Origin: Phaeosaccion multiseriatum
Lineage: Eukaryota; Protista; Ochrophyta, other classes
Direction of reading: 5' to 3'
NCBI GenBank assembly: GCA_965112735.1
Contig: OZ218965.1
Span: 310,001-374,000, forward strand
DNA length: 64,000 nucleotides
Under the pieces are notes generated by a model that was given only the letters and a program-made list of their open reading frames with translations, was not told where the DNA came from and searched no databases. The stretch's first letter is position 1, and every line of letters starts with the position of its first letter. Below, piece after piece: positions 59,358 to 64,000 of the stretch. The position numbers were made by a program, and so were the translations under genes.

Positions 59358-60999
59358 TCTCTCTCTCCCTCTCTCTCTCTGTGTGTGTATGTGTCCCTCT
59401 TTCTCTCTCGCTCTCTCTCTTTCTGTCTCTCCGTCTCTCTCACTCCCCCCTCTCCTCGTCTCGCTCCCTCTCTTCCCGTCTCTCTCCCTCTCTCCAAGCA
59501 TCTCTCTCTCTCGTACTTGTTTGCGTCGCGTATCCTCGCATTGTATTCTGAAACGGCCTGTCTATGCCTCCTCTTCTTGTCCTCCAAGATGTGCGTCTTG
59601 ATCTCCTGCAGAGAGTCCAGGAAGAACATCTCCAGCTCGCTGCGCTGCTCTAGGATGTACGAGCTGAGCTTCCGGATGTGCCTGAGCTCCTTGTTCTTGA
59701 GCACAAGCAGCTGCCGCAGCCCCGCAGAGTCCAGCGTGGTCTCCTCGAGCTCACGCGACACACCCTTGCGCACCCGCTCCTGATCCTCCTTGCCCTTGAT
59801 GGCCTCTTCGGTGAGGGCCTTTTGTAGCTGCATCACCTGCCCGTGCAGCCGCTGGATCTGAGAAGTCATTCACAAGCGCACACGCAGCCGAAGAGGGAGG
59901 GAGGGAGGGAGGGGACGAGGAGGGGCATTCATACACACAGGAGGAGCTGCACCGCGTCGGAGAAGAGAAGTGTCCTCCTAGCCACTGCTGGCATAACAGT
60001 AGGTGGCATCGTACCTCTTTCGAGCGTGAGTGGGCCTGCCGGGCATACTCGCAGTCCTTCTCCTTGAGAATGCCCACCTCCCTCCGCAGCTGCTTCACCT
60101 CCTCCTCCAGCGAGCCCTTGTCCGCCTGCAGCTCCACCGTCATCTGCAGCTGGAAGCGCAGCTCCTCCCCCATGCTCTTGTTCTCCGCCACCACGCGCTT
60201 TGTCTCCCCCGACAGGCTGTTGTGTGCTTCCAGATTGGCCTGCCGCTTTATGTCCTCCGCCAGCGCCTCCATATCCTTCCTCTGCTGCACCTTCTCGGTC
60301 AGGAACTTGCGCTCCATATTGGACAGCTCTGCAGCGTGGTCCTCCTCCTGGCTACTGAGCTTGTCTTTCAGACCCTGTGGTGCGATCGATGGTCAAGGCA
60401 AAGCGCTGCTGGACATGACCATCTCTGTTCTCTTTGGTCTGTCTCTCTCTCCCACCCCCCCTCTCTCTCTCTCTCTCCTACACGGAGGAGCCACGCACCT
60501 TGAGCTGGATGGAGTGGGCCTCCTTTAGATCTCGAAACTGCTCAAGCGTCGCCAGATCCTCCTCTAGTAGCTTGATTTGGCCATTGAGGCGCTTCTCTGT
60601 GTCTTTACCCCAATCCTGCACCTCGGAAAGCTCCCGAGCACTCTTCTCCTGCAAGTGCTTGATCTGGGGAGGGTGGAGGGTGCTTCAGAATGAGTTCAAG
60701 AAGAGCCAGAAGATGATGTCTCCTTCGTTCACTGCACTGACCTGCACTCTGGAGTCGGTCTCCCTCTTCATCATCTCATCATTGAGCGTGCTGATATTGA
60801 CGTCCTTGGCCTCCATCTCCCTCTGAAAGTACGCCACAAACTCATGAGTGTCCTTCTCGGACTTGAGCACCTTGGTCTTGAGTACTTCATTTTCCTCTCG
60901 CAGCTCCTCTACCCGGAGCTGCAGGTGGGTCAGCTTCTCTTGGTCCAGCTGCCGCGTTAACTCGACAACCCCGGGATAAGCGCTCTGGATGTCGTTCAT
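58694..60999 (-). CDS. BBOF1: Basal body orientation factor 1 (CCDC176)
   Basis: Coiled-coil exons with KNKELRHIRKLSSYILEQRSELEMFFLDSL and VDIKDLTWEDRERVLRLLFAKIN, characteristic of the family C-terminus. Confidence 0.8.
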
Positions 61000-61758
61000 C
61001 GTGGCCAGCGTACGCGCCCTCCTCTCCCTCCAAGCTACTACGGGAAGCACAAGAGAGAAAGGAGGAAGGAGAGACTGCCGTGTGGCCTGTCCATGAGAGA
61101 AAGGGAGAGAAAGGGGAGAGAAGAGACGATAGGCCGAGGGGAGTCGACTTTTTTGTAACGTCAAAGTCGAGCTGCTCCACTTAAAATATCGGTCTGTTGC
61201 CTGCCTCGACTGAAGAACACCAAAAGAAAAAAGAGTTGCGATAAAGAAGACGAACAAAAGCAAAGCCATCACAGGTGAGGACTCTCTACTCTGTCTCTGT
61301 CCCTTGCGAGGCTGGTTCCGGGCTTGTTCCCCGCCCCGCCCCCCGTCTCTTTGTACTTTCCCTCGCCTGACCGACTACTCCTCTTCTCCCCCTAGCACTG
61401 CTTTGCTTTTAGCAGTTCCTCTGGTCTTCCCTCCCTCGGCGGCCTTTCTCGTGCTTGCCCTCCTCTTCCTGGTGTTGCGCGGCCTCGCCTCACCGATTCG
61501 AAACCCTCCCCCCAACCGCCCTTCTCTCCTGCTGCCGCTGCTCCTCGTGCCCTCAGCAGAGCATCAGTAGCAGCAGCCGCTCCGTGTATGCAATTAAGGT
61601 CGCTGCTGGCCTTGCGAAAGTCCCACAGTCGCTCGATCGCGGGAGAAGTAGCAGCTCTAGCGGTAGCGGGTTGGCTCAGCGTGTTGTGCTGCTTGACCAT
61701 GCTGAGTTGTGGGCAAGGAGGCGGGGTGCCCTCGGCAGGAGCGGCAGGGGGGGCGAGC

Positions 61759-62389
61759 ATGGCCGGCATGGATGCAGGCAACCAGAGGACTACGAGGCCC
61801 ATTGTTACAGGCACATCTGTTCTGGCGCTCAAGTACAAGTGAGTGAGTGGTGGTGTGAAACACTTGCTGCTGCTGCTGCTGCTGCTGACCCTGCTTGAAT
61901 CCCTCTCCTGTTGTATTTGCCGCAGAGACGGAGTCATGATGGCGTGCGATACGCTGGCCAGCTACGGTAGTCTGGCCAGATACAAGAACGTAAGTAAGCG
62001 CTTTAGTTTGCAGCCACACGGAGGTGCCTGCCCTTGCTTGTGCGCTGCGGAAAGGAAAGGCGGGCTAACTTCTCACTGTTTGTCGCTGGTTGGTCGGCTG
62101 GTCGATCGGTCGGTCCATCCCGTTCGTGATTCATTAGGTGGAGCGCATCAAGAGCCTGGCGGGCTGCACGCTGGTGGGGGCGGCGGGAGAGATGAGCGAC
62201 TTCCAGGCCATTATGGAAATCCTGGAGGAGGAGCACCAACAGGACCTCAACATGGTGCGTGGTGGGGAGTGAAGAAGCGGGTCAATGAAGTGGATGAAGC
62301 GGAGTCAGTCACCAGGGGCGGGACTCTTGCCTAACCCCAAGCCGCTCTCTGCTCTGCCCGTGTGTGTGTATATATGTGTGTGTGTGTGT

Positions 62390-62437
<48 letters not shown>

Positions 62438-63291
62438 TTGTGTGTGTGTGTGTGCGTGCGTGCGTGTGTGCAGGACGACGGCTTCACCCGCAGCGCCTGT
62501 GAGGTGCACTCCTTCCTCCGCGCCACCATGTACGCGCGCCGCAACAAGTTCAACCCGCTGTGGAACTACCTACTGGTGGGCGGCTTCAAAGACGGCCAGG
62601 CCTTCCTCGGCAGCGTGGACCACATTGGTGAGAGGGTAGGGGGGCCTCCTGCCTGATTGCCTGCTTGCCTTGCTGGCCTGCTTCCTGCTCGCCTGCTTTC
62701 CTGCTTGCCTGTTGGCCTGCTTCCTGCTTGCCTGCTTTCCTGCTTTCGTACCGTGTCGGCCTCTTGATCGTCGAGTGCCGCCCCCCTCGACTCGCTCCTG
62801 TGCCTTGCTGCCTTGTATGCGTAGGGACGGCGTACGAAGACAACTTTCTCGCAACGGGGTTCGGCGCACACCTCGCCATTCCCCTCATGCGCAAGAGATG
62901 GCATAAGGACATGGAGGAGGGAGAGGCTCGGGCGCTGCTGGAGGACTGCCTTCGAGTGCTGTTTTACAGGTCAGCGGGTGGGGGGTGAAGGCGGAGGGAG
63001 TGAGTGAGGCGGGGAAGGGGGCGGCTTTTTTTACTTTTGTCTTTGTTCTTGTTTGCTTGCTTGCTTGCTTGTTTGTTTGCTTGCCGCCACCGCCATTCAC
63101 TCTGGGCGCTCCTCGCTTGTGTGCGTCTCCTCTCCCCTTGCAGGGACTGCCGGGCGCTCAATCGAGTGCAGATCGCCAAGGCAACTGCAGAGGGTACGCT
63201 GGTGAGCGAGCCTTTCACCCTCACCACTTCGTGGAGCCTCGCGTCCTTCCAGAAGAGTAAAGCAGGCCAGGACACAGATGGCAGCTGGTAG
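61759..63291 (+). CDS. PSMB4: 20S proteasome subunit beta-7 (beta type-4/PRE4)
   Basis: TTRPIVTGTSVLALKYK|DGVMMACDTLASYGSLARY, MYARRNKFNPLWN, LATGFGAHLAIPLMR, LRVLFYR|DCRA across six exons. Start could be the ATG at 61699. Confidence 0.95.
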
Positions 63292-64000
63292 AGAGAGTAG
63301 ACAGGCAGGCAGGCAGGCAGGCAGACAGGCAGTCAGGCAGGTGTATGTGCAGTTGTGGAGTGGCCCGGTGGTCCCGGTCCTTTTCTCCAGTGCAAGTTGA
63401 GCTGACATTAACCAATATCGATCCCATTTATCAGTATCGATCCCATATTATCAACATCGATATATTATTATGGGCAGGGCTCTGCGCTTTTTTTGCGATG
63501 ATGCCAGAAGAGTGAAGAGTTTATCCCTGGGTTACAGCTCTGAAGGACGTAAGAGTATTCGAGGTTCTGATGGCTTTATTGCTTCTTTGTGCCTCCCTTG
63601 CCTATGGCTACTCTGGACGATGAGCAGCAAGTCATACGCACCTCTGGAAAGTGGAAAGAGGGGGGGGGGGGGGGGATATATTTATTGACTTTTCCCTTCC
63701 CTCTGGTGAGGATATACTGCTTGACTTAATAGGAGTCACCCACTGGTGAGCCAGAGGCCCTGCTCGCAGGAGCTGCAGACGTGGAGAGGACGGAGGGAGA
63801 TGTGACGGGGGTGGGGAGTGGACGATGGGCCGAGAGTGTCATTGACGTCATGAGCAAAGGGGGAGACGAAGACAGTCGGTCGGTGCCGGAGGCAATGAAG
63901 AGAGAAGAAGGAGAGACCAAGCAATCGGACGAAGGAGACAGAGGGCAAGAGGAGGACGACGACGTGACGTGGCACTAGTCTGTGGGTGCCAAGCTTCGAG

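Noticed and set aside
63620-64000. Start of another gene at the window edge
   Set aside because: Only short acidic ORF fragments, with insufficient evidence.

Overview
Eukaryotic nuclear DNA: GC-rich, intron-rich and full of microsatellites. It is most consistent with a flagellated photosynthetic stramenopile (ochrophyte related to brown/yellow-green algae). Evidence for that inference: BiP ends in DDEL, two proteins have signal-peptide + A/S-A-F bipartite plastid presequences, BBOF1 is present, and LRR exons are brown-algal style (72 nt). Recognisable spliced genes: GDT1/PAM71-family transporter, BiP, DNA ligase I head-to-head with a class II (adenosylcobalamin-dependent) ribonucleotide reductase, a short Qb-SNARE, BBOF1 and proteasome beta-7. 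Less conserved genes include a Frizzled-like CRD protein, an LRR + coiled-coil gene built from one-LRR-per-exon modules, a probable transposon-derived gene and a secreted Cys-rich protein. Most unusual signals: (1) three dispersed 11-16 nt DNA words recur dozens of times in introns and exons, and one shows strict polarity at intron ends; (2) the modular LRR exon array, with a possible decayed module and huge satellite-filled introns; (3) an intron-containing B12-dependent RNR with a possible organellar presequence; (4) a 147-bp MITE with CCC/GGG ends and a TCGA duplication; (5) a 62-bp-stem hairpin. Gene models were hand-spliced from GT/AG signals and reading-frame phase only, and coordinates of weak exons are approximate.
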